This document shows, piece after piece, positions 35,686-44,627 of a stretch of DNA of 55,028 nucleotides. Source of the stretch: a virus (Duplodnaviria; Caudoviricetes); IMG/VR virus record IMGVR_UViG_3300025832_000011, positions 1 to 55,028 of that record. One strand, given 5' to 3'. The stretch's first letter is position 1. Every line of letters starts with the position of its first letter. The position numbers and the translations under genes are program-made. The notes under the pieces were generated by a model. That model saw only the letters and a list, made by a program, of their open reading frames with translations. It did no database searches and had not been told where the DNA came from.

Positions 35686-37059
35686 TTAGTTGGCTTTACC
35701 GGGGCGCATGTCGCGGCCCGTCAACATGGCGAAAGACCCAAGAAGGTCGTCGGACGTGGTGCCCTTCGCCTTGGGATCGCCACCCTGTACTTCGGCACCG
35801 ATCTCAGGGCCATCCATATTAGCAGCGAAAGGGGTCGGGGCAGGAGCAGGGGTTGTGGCTGCGGGAGCGGCCTCTGGTGCTGCGGCTGCGGGTGCAGACT
35901 CTTTCGGCATCTTGCCGAGAGCGACAACGGCGGCGTCAGCAGCCATGCCTGTGTCTGCGAGGGCGCGGGCTGCGGTAGGGCGGTCTTTTGCCTCTTCGCT
36001 GTCCATGATCGCAGAGGTACGTGTGCGCTCTGCTACTGCGCCTGCTGTTTCGCCTTCGGTACGAGCCGCTGCTGCTGCTGCGTCCATATCGGCCTGTGTG
36101 AAGCTACCTTCAGAGGCAGCCGGGGTCTTGGGTGTAGTGGTAGCCATGATTTGCTCCATTTCCGTTGCGGCCATCTGAAGTTCGGCCAGTTCATCGTTCA
36201 TCGTACCGACACGATCTGCGAAGCCAATCTCCACAGCGTTCGATGCGTCGTAGGTCAGCGCCTCAGTGTCCCGAACCGCCTGCTCTTCCATTCCTCGGTT
36301 GCTTGCCACCAGAGCGACAAACTCGCCGTAAGTACGGTCGATCTTCCCCTGAATACGATCTTTGGTCGCTTCAGGCAATGCTTCATAGGGGTTGCCGTCA
36401 ACCTTGTGCTTTCCGGCGTAGATGAACGTGACCTTGACGCCCATCTTATTCATGCGCTCGGTCATGTCCATGTGCATGGTCACGATCCCGACTGAGCCTA
36501 CACCGCCAGACCGGGCGAGGGTGATGCTGTCGGCTGCGGTCGCAAGACTGTACGAAGCAGAATATGAGTGGTCGTTCGCCACGGCCCGCATGGGCTTCTG
36601 CCCACGCATCCCGGCGATCTTCTCGACCAGTTCGAAGTTTCCCGCGACCTCGCCACCGGGGCTGTCGTGGTCGAACACAATGGCTTCGACCTCGGGGTCT
36701 TCCATGCCGCGCTCGACGGCCTTCTCGATGTACTGGTAGCCTGTCGCCATGGAACCGAACTTGACGCTCAGCTTGTTCATGAGGACGCCTTTGACCGGGA
36801 TTATCAGGGTGCCCGCCTGCACGTTGTACGGACGGAGCCACGCCATGAACTCGTCATCATCATCCCAGAAGTCGTCGGCCAGCATGTTCTCCGAGATTGC
36901 CATGGCGTCGGAGAACTTCTCGTGCATCTGCATCTCAATGATGCTGCTGGCAAAGAGGTCTTCGGAACCCGGCTGCAAGAGCATGGGGTTCTGGACCAAA
37001 CGGGCCATTAGGAGACCGCCTTCATTCCTCGTCTGCATTTGCTTCATCCTTGTCGCCAC
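35686..37059 (-). CDS. Prohead protease, S49 family (gpC-like) with C-terminal scaffold region
   Basis: DSPGGEV, SYSASYSLA, GSVGIV, AGKHKVDGNP; true start may be 37047 or 37038. Confidence 0.9.
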   Translation of the reverse strand: MATRMKQMQTRNEGGLLMARLVQNPMLLQPGSEDLFASSIIEMQMHEKFSDAMAISENMLADDFWDDDDEFMAWLRPYNVQAGTLIIPVKGVLMNKLSVKFGSMATGYQYIEKAVERGMEDPEVEAIVFDHDSPGGEVAGNFELVEKIAGMRGQKPMRAVANDHSYSASYSLATAADSITLARSGGVGSVGIVTMHMDMTERMNKMGVKVTFIYAGKHKVDGNPYEALPEATKDRIQGKIDRTYGEFVALVASNRGMEEQAVRDTEALTYDASNAVEIGFADRVGTMNDELAELQMAATEMEQIMATTTPKTPAASEGSFTQADMDAAAAAARTEGETAGAVAERTRTSAIMDSEEAKDRPTAARALADTGMAADAAVVALGKMPKESAPAAAAPEAAPAATTPAPAPTPFAANMDGPEIGAEVQGGDPKAKGTTSDDLLGSFAMLTGRDMRPGKAN

Positions 37060-38707
37060 TGTCGGCTTCCCGTGTCGTACCGGACGCCGCGTTCACGCTG
37101 TTGTCCTCGTAGAGTTCGATCCCGCGTTCTTCACGCGATGCCGCCTCTCGCTCAAGCTGAGCATAGACCTTGCGCCAATCTTTGCCAAGTCGGCTCAATT
37201 CGTCCTCGTGTGTGGACAGGCCGTACTTGATCCGAAGGACCGCAGCCTGCGTCTCCTTCAGTTCGTCAATCTGACCGCGTGATGCCCCGATCCAATCCGC
37301 CTGTGTCAGCGCATCGAACATGAGGTTCTGGTGGCCATTGGTGTAGAGCAGCCCTGCTTCGCTGGCACGGAAGGACTCGATCTGATCTTGGTTGATCGCC
37401 TCTTCGAGCCACAGGCGGTAGACGATATTGGCAAACCGATCAGCGACCTCTTTCTTCCGCGTCTGCATGAAGCGGTGGGTCTGCGCCATCGCCGCCCGAG
37501 CAGACGAATAGTTCGTCTTGGAATAGTCGCGGCTCAGTTCCTCGTAGGACACGTTGAGCGCAACGGCGATGTACCGCAGCAACGAGGTCTCGAAGTCCTG
37601 ACCAACGCCACCGGGGGTGCCCGCAGGAGTCAGGTTCAGCTTCGTGCCGGGGAACAGGTGTGGCACCCGCACGCCGTCAATCTGCATGTTCTTGGACGAT
37701 CCGGTATAGTCCGAGATCGCGGACAGGTAGTCCGTGGCGTAGTCTGTGATCGCGGATGCCGTATCGCCTGCGCCCATCTGAGCGTAGACGACTTCGGGCG
37801 GCAGTTCGCTCTCGATGCTGGCTGCGTAGGTCGCGTTCACGACCGCGTTCTGCAACGTGACATCGCGGAACTTCTTGGTGATCGCCAATTCGCGCAAGCT
37901 GGTGGAGATGTCAGATACCGCACGGCTCTGGTCCACACGCTTCTCGTTGAGGATGTGGATGACCTGCTGACGACCCCAAGGCTTCTGGAAGCCCACCTCC
38001 TTGTAATCGAGGAAGTCGGGCATCACCAAGTTCGGCATGTAGTCGTGGGGGTGGTGCGTGCGGATGAACGCGGAGACCGGACCACCGTAGCTGTCAAACC
38101 GGATGCCGCCCTTGACGTTGGGGTTGTGCATCTCTTGGAAGGGGGTGATCAGACGGTCGGGGTCGATCATCTGGATCGCTGTCTTGAACTCCCGCCGCTT
38201 GGTGCTGATCCACTCAGCCGTCGCCAGCACTTCGCCGCCGTAAACAAAGACGCCCACAGCCAACCGGATCAAGGAGGTCAGGTCAGACTTGCGCCGAGCG
38301 TCTACCCAATTGTGGGGACTCTCTGCCCAGACTTGGAACTTGCTCTCGACCTCTTCTTGGAACTTTTCTGCCTTATCGTCCGCCCAACCAAGGACGCGGA
38401 CGTTGGGCTTCGCGTTGAGCACGTACATATGGCCGACAATGGCGTCTTTGTGCAGTTGCTCCCCGCCAGCCACATAGGCGTCGTTACGACCGAGATCGCG
38501 CGACCGAGCGTCGAGCATCGCCTTCTCGGGGAGGATCGCCGCGTCGGCTGATTGCAGCGGGGGCGACCATGTGTTGATTTGTTTGTCGAACTGAGCCGCG
38601 CCGTCATAGGCACCGGAGAACGCCATCTCCTTGGCGTTGCCCCCGACCAGTTCGTCCAGCGTGCGTGCGATTTCCGCTTGTTCAGCGTTCAATACTTGGA
38701 TGCCCAT
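37022..38707 (-). CDS. Portal protein, lambda family
   Basis: ARSRDL.RND, DYSKTNYSSARA, IDELKE. Confidence 0.92.
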   Translation of the reverse strand: MGIQVLNAEQAEIARTLDELVGGNAKEMAFSGAYDGAAQFDKQINTWSPPLQSADAAILPEKAMLDARSRDLGRNDAYVAGGEQLHKDAIVGHMYVLNAKPNVRVLGWADDKAEKFQEEVESKFQVWAESPHNWVDARRKSDLTSLIRLAVGVFVYGGEVLATAEWISTKRREFKTAIQMIDPDRLITPFQEMHNPNVKGGIRFDSYGGPVSAFIRTHHPHDYMPNLVMPDFLDYKEVGFQKPWGRQQVIHILNEKRVDQSRAVSDISTSLRELAITKKFRDVTLQNAVVNATYAASIESELPPEVVYAQMGAGDTASAITDYATDYLSAISDYTGSSKNMQIDGVRVPHLFPGTKLNLTPAGTPGGVGQDFETSLLRYIAVALNVSYEELSRDYSKTNYSSARAAMAQTHRFMQTRKKEVADRFANIVYRLWLEEAINQDQIESFRASEAGLLYTNGHQNLMFDALTQADWIGASRGQIDELKETQAAVLRIKYGLSTHEDELSRLGKDWRKVYAQLEREAASREERGIELYEDNSVNAASGTTREADSGDKDEANADEE

Positions 38708-38943
38708 TAGATCATGTTCACTCTCATTGGGCCGAGCACGGTCGTTACGCCCAGCGTCAGCTTCAGTTCTTGGATATACGCCCGAAGCCTGTTGGCGTTC
38801 GCTGCGGTGAACTCGACCCGTTCGCCATTCTGGTCAACGAAGGTCCGAGCCTGACCTCCGATCATGAGGCTGTGCAGCGCAGCCTGCGCTTCCGAAAGCT
38901 GCTGGGTGTAGAGAGTTCTTTGTTCGGTCGTCAGGGTCGCCAT
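38707..38943 (-). CDS. gpW-like head completion protein
   Basis: A..ALHSL.IGG...VDQNGERVEFTAAN...LRAYI. Confidence 0.88.
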   Translation of the reverse strand: MATLTTEQRTLYTQQLSEAQAALHSLMIGGQARTFVDQNGERVEFTAANANRLRAYIQELKLTLGVTTVLGPMRVNMI

Positions 38944-38951
38944 GTTTCACC

Positions 38952-41132
38952 TCATGCAAGATTGGACGCTAGGTCCTTGAGTGAACGCCTGTCTTTGCGC
39001 TCTGTGCTATAGGGCTTATCTTCTACTTCTGGGTCAAATACCAGATCATTCATATCCCAATCCTCTGCCCACAGGGGAGGGTCTTGCCAGTTAATATGCT
39101 CGATGTTGATGGTTGGCGTCAACTGTGCTGCCAGACAGTACGCCAGAAGGTCCCAACTCTCGTTCCGGAAACCCTTGGGATTGAGCCACCCCTTCTGGGG
39201 GTCGCGGACCTCGACCGTCAGTTCGATGAAGAAGTTGTCGTCCAACCAATCGGGGAACAGGATGCCGTTGCCCGGCTCGATCCGGTCGAGCATGTTGTTC
39301 AAGGAATCCTTCACGAGATTGGTGTTGATGAAGAGCACAGGAACTTCGCCGCGTGCGCCTGCGTGCCTGTCTTTCCTCTGGCTATCTGGGTACGAGATCA
39401 TGGCCCGAGGTGCGGTCTTGGTCGAAGCACCCTTGAGCAACAGGAACCGCCCAGCTAGGCCCGGACGCCAACTGTAATCGCCTTCTTCGTTCTCGTCAGT
39501 GGACTCGTGACCCTCTTCGGAGCGGTCGCCCCACTTCAGCCAGCGGTAGAAGTCGTAAGCGTTGGCCGTGGTGCCTGCTTTACCTCCTGAGTCACAGACC
39601 GTGAACCGGACGCCCATGGCTCTGCCGGAGCCGTCGATCAGTGGGTACGTCTTGTCCAAGACCTCTTCGACCAACAGCTTCCAATCCTCGGGGTGGGCAC
39701 CGGGGTTGACCCAATACCGCTCACCTTCAGGATCATGCCGCTTGGACTTGCGGATGTCGAAACGATCTACGACCGAGATGTCTTTGTTCGCATGGACGCC
39801 GTGAACCTGTACGACAAAGCGGTTCTTCTGCACGTCGATGGATGCGATCAAGAACCGCACACCGACCGGAACCTGCCGGATCGCAATCGGCTTTGCCCGC
39901 GCCTTCAGGACCTCGGGCACGCGGTCGTTCGTCATGCTCTTGGGCGTATAGGGCTTCCCTTGGTCAGTGTTGACCGTGGTCTTGAGGGATTCCTCGGAAC
40001 CGTTGCTCTCGTACTCTCGTTCGGCTGTGATATAGTTGAACACCAGCGTCTTCCAATCAGAGAACGCAGCGGCCACACCCTTCAGCCAGAAGGACGCGAT
40101 TGACGATCTCGTGGGCGTGCCATGGATGACGCCGTGCTGGTCGATGTCGCAGTTGTCAGGCACCCACCGCCCATTGCGGTTCATCTCGTGCTTGCCGGGG
40201 CGACCGTTCGCCGGATCGTGGCGGTAGATGCCGCGTCCGGTCTCTGCGTCCCCGCAGTGAGGGCACGCCAGATGCGCGTTTTCCGCAGCCGTCATGGCGT
40301 CGTCAATATCTTCATAGACCAGCAGTTCAAAGTCAGGCTCAAACCAGTTGCGGCAATCTACGCACTGCCAGTACCACAGCCTGCGGTCGCCCTGATTGTA
40401 AATCCCCAAGATTCCCTTGGTAGGCGGGGCTTCGTGCTTCGTGGTCTTGATCCACTTGGGATTGTCCACCGAGTAGCCCGGAGATGATTCAACAGCACAC
40501 ATGCCGTGGCTACGGAACGTGGTCGCACGCTTACGAGCCAGAGAGAACGCGCTTCCCTCGCCGTCGATGTTCTCCGGCATCCGGTCATAGTCCGTGAGCC
40601 AGAGGCGCGGGATCGGCTTACCTGAGAGTTCGTTGATCGCAGGCCACGACATCGAAAGCATCATGCCCGTCCGGTACTGCTTGTCGAAAGTGTTGTCGCT
40701 CTGGGTGCCTGCCGCCAGCATAGCGCCGATCTCAGGGCTGTGACGGTGCAAACGATCTATCCGGCGAATAGAGAAGTCGCGGGATGTGGTCTGCGAGGTC
40801 TGAACGATCATCATGTCTGCCGGGTCGCATTTGGCCGAGTACCCGACCCAATTGATCACCATGTCCGTCTTGCCCGTCTGCGCGGGGCCAACGAAACACA
40901 TACCTGTGACCTTCTGTGATTGCAGCGTATCCATCGGCTCGACCAGATAGGGCGTGACCGAGTTCAGCCACGGACCCACATAGGAACCGGGGTTGTTCAG
41001 GTGGCGGTAGGCTTCAGCGGACTCGGATACCGACATGCGCTGTGCAGGTCGGACTGCTTCAGCAGCGTCGAGGATCAGGGCCTCAAGCGAGAACTCAAAT
41101 GAGGTCGGAGAAGTCATCTTCATCTTCGTCAT
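38952..41132 (-). CDS. Terminase large subunit (lambda GpA family)
   Basis: TPYLVEPM, GPAQTGKT, LTDYDR, SSPG, CxxC pairs, IDVQ, DSGG, RNE.WD. Confidence 0.93.
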   Translation of the reverse strand: MTKMKMTSPTSFEFSLEALILDAAEAVRPAQRMSVSESAEAYRHLNNPGSYVGPWLNSVTPYLVEPMDTLQSQKVTGMCFVGPAQTGKTDMVINWVGYSAKCDPADMMIVQTSQTTSRDFSIRRIDRLHRHSPEIGAMLAAGTQSDNTFDKQYRTGMMLSMSWPAINELSGKPIPRLWLTDYDRMPENIDGEGSAFSLARKRATTFRSHGMCAVESSPGYSVDNPKWIKTTKHEAPPTKGILGIYNQGDRRLWYWQCVDCRNWFEPDFELLVYEDIDDAMTAAENAHLACPHCGDAETGRGIYRHDPANGRPGKHEMNRNGRWVPDNCDIDQHGVIHGTPTRSSIASFWLKGVAAAFSDWKTLVFNYITAEREYESNGSEESLKTTVNTDQGKPYTPKSMTNDRVPEVLKARAKPIAIRQVPVGVRFLIASIDVQKNRFVVQVHGVHANKDISVVDRFDIRKSKRHDPEGERYWVNPGAHPEDWKLLVEEVLDKTYPLIDGSGRAMGVRFTVCDSGGKAGTTANAYDFYRWLKWGDRSEEGHESTDENEEGDYSWRPGLAGRFLLLKGASTKTAPRAMISYPDSQRKDRHAGARGEVPVLFINTNLVKDSLNNMLDRIEPGNGILFPDWLDDNFFIELTVEVRDPQKGWLNPKGFRNESWDLLAYCLAAQLTPTINIEHINWQDPPLWAEDWDMNDLVFDPEVEDKPYSTERKDRRSLKDLASNLA

Positions 41133-41781
41133 CCTCTGCTAGGGCTGGGTTCAATACTAATGATGTTTCTTCCTTGGCGTCCTTCAGGATGACATCCAGT
41201 TCGGCCAACTGGGGGCCTGTCATGTTAGCCTCTGCGTTCTCCTTCAGGGAGTCGAACAGGGTACTTTGCAGCTTATCGGTCATGGTGTTCAGCAGGTCGC
41301 GCTGCTCTTCGCTCAGGCCGACTTGCCGTTCGATGGTGTCGCCCCAAAGCTGGATCGTGAACTTCATGGTCTGGAACATCGCGCCGATGGTGGAGCGGAT
41401 GGTCTCGGTGCGCCAAAGCTGACCCGCGTTCTCTTCCCACTTCTGCCGCTTCAACTGCGCGTCCCAGAAAGCCGTGTTGATGGCCGGAGGCAGGTCTTCT
41501 CTCTTGATCTGGGACAGGATGTCTTCGACCTTGATCTTCGGCTCTACCAGATATGCGGCAGCCGTGGCGAGGTCGTACACGTTCTGCATTTGGGTGGTGC
41601 CGCGCTTGCGGTACTCTTTGACCGGGCAGTTGACCAGCAGCAGCTTCGTCTTCTGAGGGGCGATCTTGAAGGTCTGCGAGAGGAACGCGACCGTCACCCC
41701 CTGCAAGGCACTATCCGCCAGCACGCTCTGCGAGGCCCCTCGGGATGCCAGTTTCGTCAATCTCTCGTCTATGTCTTTCAT
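41095..41781 (-). CDS. Terminase small subunit (DUF1441-like)
   Basis: YDL..AA.YLV.P, DLPP..N..FW.AQ.KRQ.WE..AG.LWRT; directly upstream of terL. Confidence 0.8.
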   Translation of the reverse strand: MKDIDERLTKLASRGASQSVLADSALQGVTVAFLSQTFKIAPQKTKLLLVNCPVKEYRKRGTTQMQNVYDLATAAAYLVEPKIKVEDILSQIKREDLPPAINTAFWDAQLKRQKWEENAGQLWRTETIRSTIGAMFQTMKFTIQLWGDTIERQVGLSEEQRDLLNTMTDKLQSTLFDSLKENAEANMTGPQLAELDVILKDAKEETSLVLNPALAEDDEDEDDFSDLI

Positions 41782-43265
41782 CTCGCCGCCCTTTTCAATC
41801 TTACTCTCACCGCTTCGGTGATCTGGTCCTGTGTCGCGCCGCGCTGCTTGAGAACTTCCAGCACGTCAAAATCTCCGGTCCCTGCGGTTAGGATTCGGTG
41901 CAGGAACACCTTGTCTTCTTTCTGCCCAGATCGGTGCAGTCTCTTGATGAACTGGCGGTACAGTTCCAGTGACCAAGTTAGTCCGTACCAGACCGCGATA
42001 TTGCTCGCTTTCTGAAAGTTCAGACCGTGACCTGCGCTCGCCGGATGGGTGACGAGCATCTTGATCTTGCCAGCGTTCCAATCGCGCATGTCGTTCTTGT
42101 TTTCGCCAAAAACCCGGCACCACGGAAACTTCTTCTTGATCGCATCTTTATCGAATTTGAAACTATAGGCAACCAGTATTGGTCTACCCGCAGCTTCTTC
42201 GATGATGGACTCGAGCACGCCCATCTTGTGATCGTGGATTTTGAAGGCTGTGTGGTCTTCCCGATACAGGGAGCCGTTGGCGTACTGCAACAGCTTGCCC
42301 GTGAGCACGCCGTTGTTGACGGCTTCGATCACTTCAGGCTCACCCCACTTGTCCAGAACTTCGATGGCGGTCTCCCGCTCGAAGTCTTTGTAGCCCTGCA
42401 TCTCTTTCTTGGTCATGTGGACAACGTGGTCTACCGAGATCATCGGCGGCAGGTCGAGATAGTCCTCTTCGCGCAGAGAGAAGAAGATGTCTTCGATATT
42501 CTCCATGATCTCCCGCTCTGCGTGGGGGAACGGGCTTACCTTATCGGTGTACCTGTCGGTAGCGAACCATCGCCTCTTGTACGCAGCCAGAGAGGCCCCC
42601 AGACGCTTGCCTTGGTCGAGGGCGAAGATAGGGCCGAACAAGTCGATCAGGCCGTTCGGTGAGGGCGTGCCCGAGAGTTCGATGATCTTCTTGGTCTTGC
42701 CGTGGACCCTATGCAGCACGCCGAGTTCGGTCAGGCCGGGGTCTCCTACGGTTCCGTCTTTCCGGGGCTGGGGGTTCGTCCGCGTGACGCCCTTCTTGAG
42801 CCTGCTGGCCTCGTCATAGACGATCATGTCGAAGTTCCACCGCTTCATGCCGATGCCCTTCAGGAGCCATCTCAGGTTCTCTCGATTGACGATGGTGATT
42901 CGAGCAGGCCGCTTGAGGGCTGCGCGTCTTTCCTCTGGGGTCCCTGTGACAACCCGGTAGGTCAGGTGCCGGGCAAAGTCCCACTTGGCGATCTCTTCGG
43001 GCCACGTCTCTTCGGCCACCCGGAGCGGAGCGATGATCAGCACGTTCTTGATCAGCCCCTTGGCTACAAGATGCTGGATTGCCCAGAGCACGGCAGCCGT
43101 TTTACCCAGACCCATCTCTGCGCCGATGTAGGTGCCCGGCAGGTCGATCATCTTCTGCGCCATCCACTTCTGGTACGGGCGAAAGTTCGCGTAGCACAAG
43201 ACCTCTTCAGGAGGTCCGTAGAGCAGTTCGATGGCTTCGATGTCTGTGAGGTGCTTGGGGTTCAT
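41778..43265 (-). CDS. SNF2-family helicase
   Basis: EMGLGKT, IIAPLRV, VYDEAS, LSGTP, HPASAGHGLNFQ, RLHRSGQ. Confidence 0.92.
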   Translation of the reverse strand: MNPKHLTDIEAIELLYGPPEEVLCYANFRPYQKWMAQKMIDLPGTYIGAEMGLGKTAAVLWAIQHLVAKGLIKNVLIIAPLRVAEETWPEEIAKWDFARHLTYRVVTGTPEERRAALKRPARITIVNRENLRWLLKGIGMKRWNFDMIVYDEASRLKKGVTRTNPQPRKDGTVGDPGLTELGVLHRVHGKTKKIIELSGTPSPNGLIDLFGPIFALDQGKRLGASLAAYKRRWFATDRYTDKVSPFPHAEREIMENIEDIFFSLREEDYLDLPPMISVDHVVHMTKKEMQGYKDFERETAIEVLDKWGEPEVIEAVNNGVLTGKLLQYANGSLYREDHTAFKIHDHKMGVLESIIEEAAGRPILVAYSFKFDKDAIKKKFPWCRVFGENKNDMRDWNAGKIKMLVTHPASAGHGLNFQKASNIAVWYGLTWSLELYRQFIKRLHRSGQKEDKVFLHRILTAGTGDFDVLEVLKQRGATQDQITEAVRVRLKRAAR

Positions 43266-43585
43266 TGCATCATCCTGTCTATGTCACCCAACGTGGGTCC
43301 TCCGTTGTGGCCCGGCAAGAGCCAAAGGATGCGCAGAGCGTCTTCTATGTTATCACACACATGGACTTCCATGCCTGCCTTCCTCATGCGGTCGTGCTCC
43401 CTGATCTGGGAGAGCCGTGGCTTCTCGCCGGGGGCCTTGAACTCGATCCAGACCGTGCCCCGATCTTCTCGGGAGAACACACGATCCGGGGCACCCTTGC
43501 GCCCCGGCCACTGCACTTTCCGGCAGAAATAGTCAGCAGCTTCGGCCCGCTTGACCACTGGCATCTCTACCGCAGCTTCGCGCAT
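43262..43585 (-). CDS. VRR-NUC domain nuclease
   Basis: GAPDR...WIEFKAPG..P..SQ..EH. Confidence 0.88.
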   Translation of the reverse strand: MREAAVEMPVVKRAEAADYFCRKVQWPGRKGAPDRVFSREDRGTVWIEFKAPGEKPRLSQIREHDRMRKAGMEVHVCDNIEDALRILWLLPGHNGGPTLGDIDRMMQ

Positions 43586-43741
43586 CTAGTGCTCCTTGTT
43601 CAACACCTTGCAGACCTCGGTCGCGTGATGCACCCAGACCAGATGGGCTATTCCGCCCGGTCTCGCTATCGTCCTGTGATAGTAGTATTTATCACCCTTC
43701 TTGGCCAAACCGATACCGTACCCATCCCATACATACTTCAT
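43586..43741 (-). CDS. 51-aa hypothetical protein (not in ORF track)
   Basis: MKYVWDGYG...NKEH*; exactly fills the gap between MTase and VRR-NUC; AAGGA upstream. Confidence 0.55.
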   Translation of the reverse strand: MKYVWDGYGIGLAKKGDKYYYHRTIARPGGIAHLVWVHHATEVCKVLNKEH

Positions 43742-43743
43742 GC

Positions 43744-44625
43744 TCAATCCTTATCCTTTTCCATGCCGGAAAGTATGTGTGCGATCACATCCACCGTCCA
43801 GCCGTTTCCGAGCATCCTGATCCTCTGGGAGTCGCTCACACTTTTCGTGTATCGGTCAGGTACGGTCTGAAGCCTCTCGTATTCTATCGGGCTGAGTCTG
43901 CGTAAGACCCCATCTTGCATCGCTGCGTTGTGGTACTCTCTTCCCGGTATCCCTTTGTAGTCTCTGGCCACCACGCAGACGGCTTTATCGCAGTTCTGGC
44001 TCGGGTCTCTAAACGCTATCTTGCACGCCCCCTCTTCGATCTCTTCCAACCTCGTAACCCTCGGTAGTTGGATGTCGGAGACGTTGTAGTTTGGGGCCAC
44101 CATGAAAAGAGGCTCCAAGATGTCGTCAAACATTATGCCCCTGTCCTCCGGCTGCGTGACATCTGGAATGTTGGTCCAGTACATCCGGTTCCGGTTCTGC
44201 GCACTACAAAGCGCACTGTTGATCGTGATGGGTTCGACCCCAAGAAAGTCAGATATTGCGTCCGACCATTCCTTTTTCATTCGCACGTTTTCCAGCAAGA
44301 AATACTTCGGTTTAGCCTCTCGGAGGATGCGGACGAACTCGAAGAAAAGAGAACTTCTAGGGTCCTCAAAATTCAACTGTTTCCCTGCGTAACTGAAGCC
44401 TTGGCAAGGACTTCCACCAAGAACCAAGTCCACCTTTTCCGGCAAGTCTGCGCGTGTAACTTGGGTTACATCCCCTACCTGCCGGATGTCAGGATAGTTC
44501 GCCTGAGATACCTTAATTGCATGAGGGTCCACCTCGGACGCCACATACTCAGCCACATCGAAACCTGCTCTGTCGAGCGCAATACGACCACACGACATAC
44601 CGTCGAATAGAGACACAACATTCAT
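43744..44625 (-). CDS. Orphan C5 cytosine DNA methyltransferase
   Basis: SLFDGMSCG, GDV, GGSPCQGFS, ENV, Q.R.R, ERLQ, GNGW. Confidence 0.92.
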   Translation of the reverse strand: MNVVSLFDGMSCGRIALDRAGFDVAEYVASEVDPHAIKVSQANYPDIRQVGDVTQVTRADLPEKVDLVLGGSPCQGFSYAGKQLNFEDPRSSLFFEFVRILREAKPKYFLLENVRMKKEWSDAISDFLGVEPITINSALCSAQNRNRMYWTNIPDVTQPEDRGIMFDDILEPLFMVAPNYNVSDIQLPRVTRLEEIEEGACKIAFRDPSQNCDKAVCVVARDYKGIPGREYHNAAMQDGVLRRLSPIEYERLQTVPDRYTKSVSDSQRIRMLGNGWTVDVIAHILSGMEKDKD

Positions 44626-44627
44626 GG

